DNA from: Verrucomicrobiota bacterium
GTDB taxonomy: Bacteria; Verrucomicrobiota; Verrucomicrobiia; Limisphaerales; JADLHS01
DNA length: 60,102 nucleotides
NCBI GenBank assembly: GCA_008933055.1
Contig: WBXK01000001.1
Location: forward strand, 1-60,102
Direction: 5' to 3'
The notes beneath the pieces are model-generated. The model was not told the origin of the DNA and made no database searches. It was given only the letters and a program-made list of their open reading frames with translations. Position numbers and translations under genes: made by a program. This document shows, piece after piece, positions 18,998-28,875 of the stretch; position 1 is the stretch's first letter, and the number at the start of each line of letters is the position of its first letter.

Positions 18998-19870
18998 ATG
19001 AAAAAACTCTTTGTTGCAACCATGATGTTGCTCACGTCCCTCTCGCTTGCGCCCGCTCAGGTGACCGCAGAGATTACCATGAATCAGGAAACCTTTCTAC
19101 TAGGCGAATCTGTGCCGGCTGCCGTGCGTGTGACCAATCGCTCCGGACAGAAGTTGAAGATGGGTGAGGATGCGGACTGGCTAACGTTCACCATCGAAAA
19201 ACTAGGTGGCAATGTCGTCGCCAAGTTGAGTGATCCCCCGGTGCAGAGAGAATTCACTCTCGAATCCGGGCAGACAGGTATCCGGCGCGTGGACTTCTCG
19301 CCTTACTTTTCCCTAGACCGCAATGGTCGCTATCGGATCATCGCCAACGTCCGCGTGAAAGCTTGGGATTCCACGATCACCACTGCGCCCAAAGAGTTCG
19401 ACATCGTCAACGGAGCAAAGATTTGGTCACAGGAATTTGGATTACCACTGTCGACGGGCGTGACGAATAGCGCGCCGGTAGTCCGCAGGTATTCGTTGGA
19501 ACAGGCCAATTATTTGCGAACTCAACTCCGGCTTTACCTGCGCATCACGGATGTGGACGACGAACGCGTGATCAAAGTAGTCCACGTCGGCCCGATGGTT
19601 TCCATCAGCAAGCCGACCCCGCAAATCGATCGCGGCAACAATCTTCACGTTCTCTATCAGCACACAGCCCACGGATATCTCTACGTTGTGATCAGGCCAG
19701 ACGGAGAAATACTCGCGCGTCAAACGCACGAAATCGCAGAGAGTCGCCCGAAGCTAGTGGGGGACGAGAATGGAAATTTCCGCGTGGTGGGTGGCCTGCG
19801 TTTGCCGTCTGACAATGATCTGCCCGAACTGAAATTGAGCGAAACTGATGCTACTCAGCAAACCCCATAA
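18998..19870 (+). CDS. Secreted hypothetical protein (290 aa)
   Basis: Clear signal peptide MKKLFVATMMLLTSLSLAPAQV. No family recognised. Its 3' end overlaps the next ORF by 23 nt. Confidence 0.6.
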   Translation: MKKLFVATMMLLTSLSLAPAQVTAEITMNQETFLLGESVPAAVRVTNRSGQKLKMGEDADWLTFTIEKLGGNVVAKLSDPPVQREFTLESGQTGIRRVDFSPYFSLDRNGRYRIIANVRVKAWDSTITTAPKEFDIVNGAKIWSQEFGLPLSTGVTNSAPVVRRYSLEQANYLRTQLRLYLRITDVDDERVIKVVHVGPMVSISKPTPQIDRGNNLHVLYQHTAHGYLYVVIRPDGEILARQTHEIAESRPKLVGDENGNFRVVGGLRLPSDNDLPELKLSETDATQQTP

Positions 19871-20891
19871 CTTTTTTCCAAGCCACGTCGTCCTGACAAT
19901 TGCTTTGATCTGCCTGACAAACATGGCATTTGGTGGCGTGGCGCAGGAGGTTTTGGTCCGACTTAAGAACGGTGACCGCATCACAGGGCGGTTGCTAGCG
20001 CAGGAAACAAATCACATCATTATTTCTACAGGTTGGGCGGAATCTCTGGTGCTGCCTATATCGACCATAGGTGGCCTTGAAACCGGATTAGACGAGAAAA
20101 AAGTCAATCTCGGACAAACAATTTCACACCAAAAGCAACCCATCCCAGAACTCAAGCCAAAGCCCGCGCAGACCGCCGCACCTGTTGCAATAGTGAAAGC
20201 CGCGCCTATTGCCAAACCACCACGGTCTATTCAAGGCAACCTTCAGCTGGGCTCGCATCTGCAATTTGGCTCGCGCGATCAAAGGACCATATTTGGGAGG
20301 ATTGGGACGATTTATACTAGGCCCTACACAAGCGACCCAAAAAAGTCATTACATGTCATCACAAGTTACAGTTACGATTACAGCGAGATTGAAAATGTGA
20401 AATCTGTAGATCGTATGGTCGCCAGTTTGAAGACGGATTTTGACCTGAATAGTTCCACATACGGCTACAACATCGTCGGGGCTGGTTATGATAAGATACG
20501 GAAAATTGATGAACATTATGAAATCGGCCCTGGCCTTGGCTGGCATGCGATAAAGAAATCTGCCTTCTCACTCGATTTTGAAGCAGGTGCAGATTATCAG
20601 ATACAAAACCGCAGCGTGGGCGGTGACATTGACAGCCTTTTTCTTCGACTCTCCGAGTCCTTTACTTGGGTAATTGCACCACGTATCACAGTGTCTGAAA
20701 CGCTCGCCTCCTACTTGAATGGAGAGAAAACCGACCAACTGCGTATCCGCTTCGATTCCTCCATAAAATACAAACTTTTGGATAACCTTTTTCTAAATAT
20801 TACATTGACCGACCTTTACGATTCCAACCCTGCGCCTCTCGTAGATAGGAATGAATTCCAAGTCATCTCCTCCATCGGCGTCACTTTCTGA
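19848..20891 (+). CDS. DUF481-family outer-membrane beta-barrel protein
   Basis: N-terminal VRLKNGDRITGRL module, alternating beta-strand pattern, and C-terminus ITLTDLYDSNPAPLVDRNEFQVISSIGVTF (terminal Phe), matching YdiY/DUF481 proteins. Confidence 0.7.
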   Translation: MLLSKPHNFFPSHVVLTIALICLTNMAFGGVAQEVLVRLKNGDRITGRLLAQETNHIIISTGWAESLVLPISTIGGLETGLDEKKVNLGQTISHQKQPIPELKPKPAQTAAPVAIVKAAPIAKPPRSIQGNLQLGSHLQFGSRDQRTIFGRIGTIYTRPYTSDPKKSLHVITSYSYDYSEIENVKSVDRMVASLKTDFDLNSSTYGYNIVGAGYDKIRKIDEHYEIGPGLGWHAIKKSAFSLDFEAGADYQIQNRSVGGDIDSLFLRLSESFTWVIAPRITVSETLASYLNGEKTDQLRIRFDSSIKYKLLDNLFLNITLTDLYDSNPAPLVDRNEFQVISSIGVTF

Positions 20892-20963
20892 AAGTTATAT
20901 CTACAATAGAATGCGGAGCATTCAAGACGCAAAGCAACGTTCGCAAGTTCTCAGCAAAAGAAT

Positions 20964-21977
20964 TTACCGCAACTCGCCCAAAGAATGCACGCGGTATTGC
21001 ATACCTTTAACGATAGGATTGGCGCGCTGCAAGACAGACTGTTCAATCTGCCCCGGATAAGACTTCATCACCATGCGCACCGCAGCTATGGGTTCGCCGT
21101 TGCGGTCGCGCAGTGGCTGCACGACGGAAACCGTGTCCTTATCCCTGCCGTAAAAGACATGACCTCCAGCAATCGCACCACGCTCGGATTCACCGCCTAG
21201 CGAACCGATTTCCGAAGAGTCCTTGCTCGCGATAATGCGCGGCTCGCCTTTCTCGTCGTTAAGATAAATTTTCAACCCTACGAGCCGCGGATTGATTTTT
21301 AGACAATCACGGATAAGCACAGCCGCGAATGCTTCACGCGGTGTGTAGTCGATGCGGGTATCTGTGAAGCAACACACAGAATCTGACTTCGTCCAGAACC
21401 CCATCTTTCCGCAAGCCAAGCTTGTGTCAGTCAACTCTGGGATCGCCTCGCGTCCATTGAACCATGAACGTATCTTGTTGCCGCGACATTCGATTTTCAA
21501 CTCGTGCCACTCACCAATCTTCATCTCCAGTGAAACACCGATAGGTTGACTTCGGATTCCTGCCACAACTTTGTAAAACCGGAGGTTTTTGCCGAGCGCG
21601 CTGGCCCGGATGACGTAAAAGTTTTTCTCGTCCTGGAATCGAAAAACAATTCCAGCCATCTGCTCGACTAATCCATCCACAATCTTGAACTTAGTCGTCA
21701 AAATGAAGTCGTCGAATTTTTCCCGCTCATAAATGCACATCGGGAAATGTTCATCCTTCACGTTCCGGCGCGTCTGGGTCAACAATACGCTGTTCGTAGC
21801 GCCGGTTGTTTCATATGTACGCGCCAGCCACAAACCGGGTTTACCTTCGCCGGCGACGACATTTGTGAATCCCGCCGGAGTTTGCTCTGCACCCGCTTCG
21901 CCAAAGTTAAAAACCAATTCCACGCCTCGCACCGGAAGCGAAAGCAACCATAGAAACACAATCACACGACTTAACAT
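20964..21977 (-). CDS. Secreted protein with LamG/DUF1080-like jelly-roll domain plus a C-terminal sensor-like domain
   Basis: Signal peptide from the Met at 21977 (MLSRVIVFLWLLSLPVRG). Middle FDDFILTTKFKIVDG...AGIVFRFQDEKNFYVIRA...GEWHELKIECRGNKIRSWFNG resembles the concanavalin-like DUF1080 fold. Tentative. Confidence 0.5.
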   Translation of the reverse strand: MLSRVIVFLWLLSLPVRGVELVFNFGEAGAEQTPAGFTNVVAGEGKPGLWLARTYETTGATNSVLLTQTRRNVKDEHFPMCIYEREKFDDFILTTKFKIVDGLVEQMAGIVFRFQDEKNFYVIRASALGKNLRFYKVVAGIRSQPIGVSLEMKIGEWHELKIECRGNKIRSWFNGREAIPELTDTSLACGKMGFWTKSDSVCCFTDTRIDYTPREAFAAVLIRDCLKINPRLVGLKIYLNDEKGEPRIIASKDSSEIGSLGGESERGAIAGGHVFYGRDKDTVSVVQPLRDRNGEPIAAVRMVMKSYPGQIEQSVLQRANPIVKGMQYRVHSLGELR

Positions 21978-22088
21978 TCCGGCGAGCCTGACAAAATTGC
22001 AGCCTAGCGACAAGGAAATGCGCCAAGCCACACCGGCAACCACCTCAGCATTTGACATTTTCTTCGCGAGTTCGGACTCTCCCCGCGC

Positions 22089-22664
22089 ATGACCCTCAAA
22101 CCATGGAAATTCATCTCGACTAAACTGCTGAACAAGTTCCGCATTTTCAATGTCCGATCGGACATCCGAGTGTCACCGCGCACAGGGCACGAACACGACC
22201 TGTTCGTCATCGAATGCCCCGACTGGTGCAACGTCATCGCCATCACGCCTGATCAAAAAATTGTGATGGTAGAACAATACCGCCCTGGCTCGGACACGGT
22301 GGAGCTGGAGATTCCCGGCGGGATGATTGATGCCGAGGACAGTTCGCCCGTGGCAGCGGGCGTGCGAGAGTTGCGTGAGGAAACCGGTTACGAAGGGCGG
22401 GATGCGCGATTGCTGGGCGAGATTTTCCCGAACCCTGCGATCATGAACAACACCTGCTACACAATCATCGTGGAAGATTGCAGGTGTATTCACACCGTGG
22501 AATGGGATACTGGCGAAGACCTGTCCACGCGGCTCGTGCCCGTGGCGGACATTCCGCTACTTGTGGCTGAAAACAAAATAGGCCACTCGCTTGTGGCGGT
22601 GGCCTTGTATTATTTCGAGCTTTGGCAACGCGGTTTGAAGCCGACACCAAAGCCGAATGCTTAA
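22089..22664 (+). CDS. NUDIX hydrolase (ADP-ribose pyrophosphatase-like)
   Basis: Nudix box GGMIDAEDSSPVAAGVRELREETGYEG. Confidence 0.85.
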   Translation: MTLKPWKFISTKLLNKFRIFNVRSDIRVSPRTGHEHDLFVIECPDWCNVIAITPDQKIVMVEQYRPGSDTVELEIPGGMIDAEDSSPVAAGVRELREETGYEGRDARLLGEIFPNPAIMNNTCYTIIVEDCRCIHTVEWDTGEDLSTRLVPVADIPLLVAENKIGHSLVAVALYYFELWQRGLKPTPKPNA

Positions 22665-23773
22665 TTTTTCTTGAAGAAATCCTTAATGACATCAGCCACG
22701 CGCTGAATCTGCGCCTCGGTCAATTCGGGATAAATCGGGAGGCTAAGGCATTGGCGGGCGGCTTTTTCTGTGACCGGCAACGAGCCTTCCTTGTAGCCGA
22801 GATGCGCGTAGCACTTTTGCAAGTGCAAGGGCAGCGGATAATGCAGAGCGCAGCCCACGCCGTTGTCTTCTAGATGTTTCTTGAGAGCGTCACGCTTCGG
22901 ATGTCGCACGACGTAAAGATGCCATACGGATTCCGCCCATTTTGCCTGCGTCGGAAGTTGCAGCGGTGTGTCTTTGAGAAGTTCCGCGTAACGCTTCGCC
23001 ACGCGCTGACGCCCTGACGTCCAAGCTGGCAAGTGCGGCAACTTCACGCCGAGCACCGCGCCTTGAATACCTTCCATACGATAGTTGAAACCGATCTCAT
23101 CATGGTAGTAACGCACCGTCGAACCATGTTCACGCAATGACCTCGCACGCTTGGCGTATTCAGCGTTGTTGGTGATAAGTGCGCCTCCTTCGCCAGCAGC
23201 GCCGAGGTTTTTTCCAGGATAAAAACTGTAACAAGACATCGCGCCAAATGTCCCGACGCTTTTGCCTTTGTATTTCGCGCCGTGCGCTTGAGCGGTGTCT
23301 TCCACAATAGGCAGATTATGTTTATTTGCGATGGCAAGAATGGGATCAACGTCGAACGGATGCCCGTAGAGATGCACGGGCACGATGGCTTTGGTGCGGG
23401 GAGTGATGGCTTTCTCGATGAGATTTGGATCGAGATTGAACGTCGCATCGTCCACGTCCACGTACACTGGGGTGGCGTTCACGTAGGAAATCGCCCAACT
23501 GGTCGCCACAAACGTACAGGGAGTGGTAATCACTTCATCGCCTTGCTTGATGTTCAACAGCAACAATGCAACATGCAATGCGGAGGTGCCGCTATTGAAT
23601 GCCACGCAGTGTTCTGAGCCGCAATACTTCGCAAAATCTTTTTCAAACTGGACAACATCCGGCCCAAGGCAAAACGAGCAGGCGTCAAGATTGCGCGCGA
23701 TAGCTGCGTCAATCTCCTTGCGAAGTGGACGGATTTGAGCCGGTAAATCGAGGTATGGAACCTTATCGTGCAT
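22661..23773 (-). CDS. DegT/DnrJ/EryC1/StrS-family sugar aminotransferase
   Basis: FEKDFAKYCGSEHCVAFNSGTSALHVAL, DEVITTPCTFVAT, and the active-site region SFYPGKNLGAAGEGGAL. Confidence 0.9.
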   Translation of the reverse strand: MHDKVPYLDLPAQIRPLRKEIDAAIARNLDACSFCLGPDVVQFEKDFAKYCGSEHCVAFNSGTSALHVALLLLNIKQGDEVITTPCTFVATSWAISYVNATPVYVDVDDATFNLDPNLIEKAITPRTKAIVPVHLYGHPFDVDPILAIANKHNLPIVEDTAQAHGAKYKGKSVGTFGAMSCYSFYPGKNLGAAGEGGALITNNAEYAKRARSLREHGSTVRYYHDEIGFNYRMEGIQGAVLGVKLPHLPAWTSGRQRVAKRYAELLKDTPLQLPTQAKWAESVWHLYVVRHPKRDALKKHLEDNGVGCALHYPLPLHLQKCYAHLGYKEGSLPVTEKAARQCLSLPIYPELTEAQIQRVADVIKDFFKKN

Positions 23774-23884
23774 GTGATTTATTTTTCTAAATTATCAAAA
23801 ACAGGGAGGCAGGTTAGTTGAAGACGAGATAGGAGCAATTTTTTTTATACGAATAGTAAGTCTCGGTTTTACTTGGGAGGCTTC

Positions 23885-24460
23885 TCATGGATTCTCCATC
23901 ATCCAAATCAAAGACCGGTCGCGCCATGCGTTCCAATCAGTACCGTAGTCCTCGCGCAGTATGGATTTCAAGATGAGCAACGCCTCGCCCGATTGATTGT
24001 CCACTGGCGAGCGAGCCACTTCGATGAGCCACGGCAACTTTACCGAGTTTGGACGCGAAAGCAGATCGGCAAACACCACGCGGCGCACCGCAGCAGGCGT
24101 GGCAGCATTCGTAAGTTGTGACCCGAAGCTGGCGAAGGAAGTATCTGGCAGCAAACGACTGGCATGTTGCGCCACGTCAATCTGCCCCTCTGCTGGCATT
24201 TGCGGCAACATCGCGAGAAGAGTGTTTCCCTGATCGGACGGCGCGCTACCAGAAATCAGAACCTGATTGAGTTGCCCTGACCAGTTTGTCGCGACCACCG
24301 GTGCGCCGAACGAAGTCGTTGTCGCCTCGCGTGCGAACGCGATAATAGGCTTGTCATCGGTTTCCTCTGCGGCTGGCTTGAGCGATAGTTTCTGCCAGAT
24401 GCCTTCCGCGCCCGCGATGGCCAGCGCAACAATGAAGATATGTTTAAGCTTTAGCTGCAT
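23885..24460 (-). CDS. Secreted hypothetical protein (191 aa)
   Basis: The Met at 24460 gives the signal-like MQLKLKHIFIVALAIAGAEG. The longer listed ORF would overlap hflX. Confidence 0.45.
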   Translation of the reverse strand: MQLKLKHIFIVALAIAGAEGIWQKLSLKPAAEETDDKPIIAFAREATTTSFGAPVVATNWSGQLNQVLISGSAPSDQGNTLLAMLPQMPAEGQIDVAQHASRLLPDTSFASFGSQLTNAATPAAVRRVVFADLLSRPNSVKLPWLIEVARSPVDNQSGEALLILKSILREDYGTDWNAWRDRSLIWMMENP

Positions 24461-24641
24461 GAACGATTCAGTTGCCTCCAGACAAAGCAGGATGTTCGCC
24501 AGCGCGCAGTGATTTTTGACATGGCGAAAGATTGTCTGGAAACAGAGCAAACTCAGAACATTCACAGTCCCGCCTAAATCCAAGTTCATGGCGGTTGTCA
24601 CGAATACTATCTCACCGCGTACCGTTTTTAGTCGGAGCGCG

Positions 24642-25925
24642 TCATTGCTCGACAAGATATTCTGCGAACTCTGCGTGGTGATGCGGTGGGATGCGCGCTT
24701 TGAACTTCGCCACCTTCGCCAGATAACGGCGCTCAATCACCTGCCCCACTTTATGAAGCCTCGCGATGGTCGCAGCCTGTTCATGCGGAATCTTCAATTC
24801 CACGAACTCGCGCTCGGGTCGTATCTGACTGCTGATCTCGGCGAGCAATTCCTCCACGCCCTTGCCAGTCCTCGCGGAGATCGCCACCGAGTTAGGATAC
24901 AACTCATGCAAGCGCGTCAACGTGCCGCCGCCGTTCAACTGGTCCACCTTGTTGAATACCATCATCGTGGCTTTATTGCCCGCCCCAAGTTCGTTCAATA
25001 CACTGTTCACAGCAGCAATCTGCTCGTCCGCCTGCGGGTGACTCACATCCACGACGTGCAACAACAGATCGGCCTGCACCACTTCTTCGAGAGTGGCTTT
25101 GAATGACTCCACTAATCCGTGGGGAAGTTTCTTGATGAAGCCCACGGTGTCCGTGAGTAAAATGTTTTGGTTCGTCGGCAAATGCAGCCGCCTCGTCGTC
25201 GGATCAAGCGTGGCAAACAGAATATCCTTGGCCAACACGTCTGCGCCGGTGAGCTTGTTGAGCAACGTGGACTTGCCTGCATTCGTGTATCCGACGATGG
25301 ATGCGAGCGGCCATTGATTGCGCTGACGCCCAGCACGCTGCGTCTCGCGCTGTTGACGCACTGCCACCAAGTCACGCTCAATACGGTCTATACGCTCACC
25401 CACCTTGCGGCGATCCGCTTCAAGCTGCGATTCGCCTTCACCGCCGCGCATGCCGATGCCACCGGATTGACGCGACAAGTGACCCCAAAATCGCGTGAGG
25501 CGCGGGAGCAAATGCTGGAGTTGTGCGAGTTCGATCTGGAGTTTGCCTTCACGCGTGCGAGCGCGTTGCGAAAAGATGTCGAGGATGAGCGCGGTGCGAT
25601 CCAGGATTTTGATCTCGAAGATTTTTTCCAGGTTGCGCGTCTGCGCGGGGGAAAGTTCATCATCGAAGATCACAGTGTCCACGTTGTTCTCTTTGCAGAA
25701 CGCCGCGAACTCTCCTGCCTTGCCCTTGCCGATGTAGGTGGCGGGATTGGGCGTCTCGATTTTCTGGATTCCCTCACCCACGACTTCTCCGCCTGCGCTC
25801 GCCGTCAACTCAGCGAGTTCGTCGAGCGACTCGCGGAGATTTTTTGTGTCATCGGATTTCAATTCCACACCGACAAGGAAGACCCTTTCGGTGCGTGTGT
25901 TTCTGGTTTGGACTAAGGCTTTCAA
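24642..25925 (-). CDS. hflX: GTPase HflX
   Basis: HflX N-domain plus G-domain (GYTNAGKSTLLN, DTVGFI, NKVD). Confidence 0.95.
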   Translation of the reverse strand: MKALVQTRNTRTERVFLVGVELKSDDTKNLRESLDELAELTASAGGEVVGEGIQKIETPNPATYIGKGKAGEFAAFCKENNVDTVIFDDELSPAQTRNLEKIFEIKILDRTALILDIFSQRARTREGKLQIELAQLQHLLPRLTRFWGHLSRQSGGIGMRGGEGESQLEADRRKVGERIDRIERDLVAVRQQRETQRAGRQRNQWPLASIVGYTNAGKSTLLNKLTGADVLAKDILFATLDPTTRRLHLPTNQNILLTDTVGFIKKLPHGLVESFKATLEEVVQADLLLHVVDVSHPQADEQIAAVNSVLNELGAGNKATMMVFNKVDQLNGGGTLTRLHELYPNSVAISARTGKGVEELLAEISSQIRPEREFVELKIPHEQAATIARLHKVGQVIERRYLAKVAKFKARIPPHHHAEFAEYLVEQ

Positions 25926-26078
25926 TGCGTCAGGTAATCAACTACGGCAGCGTAGCAATTTAACGGTCCAAAATCCACAGGTGAAATTCGGGCGTGATAT
26001 TGCGGCTGCTGCATCGCGCGCCTTCAGCCCATTGACTCTCCGCTTGCGACTGGCTGTTCTTTGTCCAACACTCGCTCC

Positions 26079-27938
26079 ATGAATTCGGGCCAGAAACAAT
26101 CCTCTCGCAGTCCGTGGGCGTGGGTGCCGACGCTCTACACCGCTGAAGGTTTGCCCTACGTGTTGGTGATGACGCTGTCCGTGGTGATGTATAAAGGCCT
26201 CGGCATCTCCAACACCGACATCGCGCTTTACACGAGCTGGCTGTATCTGCCGTGGGTCATCAAACCGCTCTGGAGTCCGGTGGTGGATATTTTGCGCACG
26301 CGCCGTTGGTGGATTTGGACGATGCAACTCTTGATTGGCGGCGGTCTCGCGGGTGTGGCGCTGACGATTCCGACGACGAATTTCTTCCAATGGACGCTCG
26401 CCTGTTTCTGGTTGCTCGCGTTCAGCTCCGCCACGCATGACATCGCGGCGGATGGATTCTATCTGCTCGCGACGACGGAAAAGGAACAATCCTTCTTTGT
26501 CGGCATCCGCAGCACGTTTTATCGTGTCTCGAACATTTTCGGGCAAGGATTGCTCGTGATTCTTGCGGGCTATATCCAAAGCCACACGGGATTGCCGAAA
26601 TTACAACTCGCTGTGGAGGCTCGACCTGAAACAGCTTTGGTTGAGTCAGTCCTTCCAACGTCAGCAACGCTTTTCATGGCCAGCGAGGGCGAACTGCGCG
26701 TCTTGGCCGAGCCTGCGAGCGTGACGATCAATTCTCAGCCGCGCGCCAAATCAGAAGTCAGCGCGCTGCTCGCTTCTGCCAAGCAATCAAACATCACAAA
26801 CAACTTCACGCGCACGCGGCAACAACTCGCCGCCGCGACCAAGAAAGACGAGTCGCCTTCATGGTGGACGCGCAGTGTGTCCGAACCGGCTGGTAGATTC
26901 TTGCGACAACATTTTGGGCCGGACGTTAAAGCCAAGTCCGACATCGCAGGGAATCTGGCGGTGGTTTCGCTTCATCTCTCCAAGCCGCCCGGCAAAGAGA
27001 TCGTCGTGACGCCTGCGTTCAAGTCCGGCGACAAAAGCGTCTCGCTCGCCGAAGGCGGGCGACTCGTGTTCGACGATTCGAACTGGAACAAACCCGCGCT
27101 CGTCGTCCTCCAGCTTGATCCCAAGTTGAAGACCGCCACCTCCGCCACGTTCGAGATCCGCTCCGGCAACATCCCACTCTCGTGGACGATCACGTTTTTC
27201 ACGCTGGTCGGATTGTTCATCCTGTTCGGCGTATGGCATCGCTTCATTCTGCCGCATCCTGCGAGCGACAAGCCTGGGGACGCGCACAGCATCGTCACGT
27301 TCATCAGCGAGTTTTTTAAGACGTTCGGCTCGTTTTTCGTCAAGGAACGCATTGGCATCCTGTTGCTGTTTCTGTTGCTCTATCGCTTCGGCGAATCGCA
27401 ACTCGTGAAGATGGTCGTGCCATTCCTGTTGGATGGCCGAGAAGTCGGCGGGCTGGGACTCACCACCGGGCAGGTAGGTTTGGTCTATGGCACCATCGGC
27501 ATCATCGCGCTGACGTGCGGTGGATTGCTCGGAGGAATGGTGGCTTCACGACACGGCTTGAAGAAATGGCTGTGGCCGATGGTGTGCATCATCCATCTGC
27601 CGGACGCGGCGTTCATCTATCTGGCCTACGCGCAACCGGACAGTCTCGTGCTCATCAGCGCGGCGGTGGCGGTGGAACAATTCGGTTACGGCTTCGGATT
27701 CACGGCCTACATGCTTTACATGATCTACATCGCGCGCGGCAAACATCAGACCGCGCACTACGCCATCTGCACGGGCTTCATGGCGTTGGGCATGATGATA
27801 CCCGGAATGTGGAGCGGCTGGTTGCAGGAACTCATCGGCTACCAACATTTCTTCATATGGGTGATCCTCGCGACGATTCCGAGTTTCATCGTGGTGCTGC
27901 TAATTCCGCTGGATAAGGAATTTGGCAAGAAGGCGTGA
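26079..27938 (+). CDS. AmpG-like MFS permease with a ~200-aa insertion between the two six-helix halves
   Basis: N-terminal TAEGLPYVLVMT...LYLPWVIKPLWSPVVD is AmpG-family style. The second half is FLLLYRFGESQL.... ATG at 26079 is preferred to TTG at 26061. Confidence 0.75.
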   Translation: MNSGQKQSSRSPWAWVPTLYTAEGLPYVLVMTLSVVMYKGLGISNTDIALYTSWLYLPWVIKPLWSPVVDILRTRRWWIWTMQLLIGGGLAGVALTIPTTNFFQWTLACFWLLAFSSATHDIAADGFYLLATTEKEQSFFVGIRSTFYRVSNIFGQGLLVILAGYIQSHTGLPKLQLAVEARPETALVESVLPTSATLFMASEGELRVLAEPASVTINSQPRAKSEVSALLASAKQSNITNNFTRTRQQLAAATKKDESPSWWTRSVSEPAGRFLRQHFGPDVKAKSDIAGNLAVVSLHLSKPPGKEIVVTPAFKSGDKSVSLAEGGRLVFDDSNWNKPALVVLQLDPKLKTATSATFEIRSGNIPLSWTITFFTLVGLFILFGVWHRFILPHPASDKPGDAHSIVTFISEFFKTFGSFFVKERIGILLLFLLLYRFGESQLVKMVVPFLLDGREVGGLGLTTGQVGLVYGTIGIIALTCGGLLGGMVASRHGLKKWLWPMVCIIHLPDAAFIYLAYAQPDSLVLISAAVAVEQFGYGFGFTAYMLYMIYIARGKHQTAHYAICTGFMALGMMIPGMWSGWLQELIGYQHFFIWVILATIPSFIVVLLIPLDKEFGKKA

Positions 27939-27962
27939 CGCGGGGCGTATGAACCGAGTCGT

Positions 27963-28370
27963 TCATTGGTTTGGAATGGATGTGGTGTGTCGGGCCAGCC
28001 ATATCAAATACGAAGCAGACAGAATCAAAAGAACGCCTAACCCGATGCACAAAATCCAGTCGTAAATGTGAATAGTCCAATCAGCAGACGGATGCGGGAA
28101 ACTTCTAGCGACTATCCACAAGCCACTGAGAAATACAAACGCAGACAAATACAAATCCCGCCTGCGTCTTGCTAGCAAACCAACGATGAGGAATACCAAG
28201 AAACCAATCCCAGCTCCGCAGATAGGTAGCCAGAGCAGGACGTGGTCTTTGCCCGGCGCAATAAATTCTCCAATTGATTCTGCGAGAACAAACGAGGCAG
28301 CACCGATATGGAGTGGCCAAGTCAGCACCATTGCTATCAAGGTGAAAATGATACCTAAACGCTGCTTCAT
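27963..28370 (-). CDS. Small polytopic membrane protein (135 aa), unknown function
   Basis: Four hydrophobic segments; same strand and closely behind the 98-aa ORF and the FIST gene. Confidence 0.5.
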   Translation of the reverse strand: MKQRLGIIFTLIAMVLTWPLHIGAASFVLAESIGEFIAPGKDHVLLWLPICGAGIGFLVFLIVGLLARRRRDLYLSAFVFLSGLWIVARSFPHPSADWTIHIYDWILCIGLGVLLILSASYLIWLARHTTSIPNQ

Positions 28371-28413
28371 TGACGCAGATTTGACGACAGATAGTTACTA
28401 CCGTGGAGACCGA

Positions 28414-28710
28414 TCACGAAAGTCTTCCAAATTGGATGATCCGATCATCACAGTGGCTGCTCCAGGTGCCCCTTGCGAATTTGGTGGCGAATACTGCGAC
28501 TATCCACCCATAAACAACCAACATAAGAACACCAATTGCTCTGCAAAATATGGCTTTTCGTTCGTTGGGTTCAGCTTCACCAAAGAGGCAACAAGCGCCA
28601 ATTCCAACCGCAACACCGAAACAACAACACAGGAAATGAATTACAGGCCACCTCTTAACAGTCTTCCAATAGAATCGGCCTATGGTGCTAGTGAGGTAGG
28701 GTGAATACAT
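28414..28710 (-). CDS. Small membrane protein (98 aa), unknown function
   Basis: Three hydrophobic segments; no motif recognised. Confidence 0.4.
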   Translation of the reverse strand: MYSPYLTSTIGRFYWKTVKRWPVIHFLCCCFGVAVGIGACCLFGEAEPNERKAIFCRAIGVLMLVVYGWIVAVFATKFARGTWSSHCDDRIIQFGRLS

Positions 28711-28875
28711 AGGGAGACTTTATGATGCAAGTTGATGAAACGATTTCTCTTTTCTTGCCAGTTCATGGCTGGATTTAAGCTGACCATCGTTTTCCAGCAA
28801 GCTCTTTGTTTGGCTCTGTTTCTCTGCGGTGAAAAAGGATTAACCGCAGAGACGCAGAGGGGACAAGCTGCACTC

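Noticed and set aside
25167-26585. ORFs 25167..25916 (+) and 25938..26585 (-)
   Set aside because: They are antisense to hflX and to the 5' part of the AmpG-like gene respectively. No motifs are present, and the sense genes are well supported.
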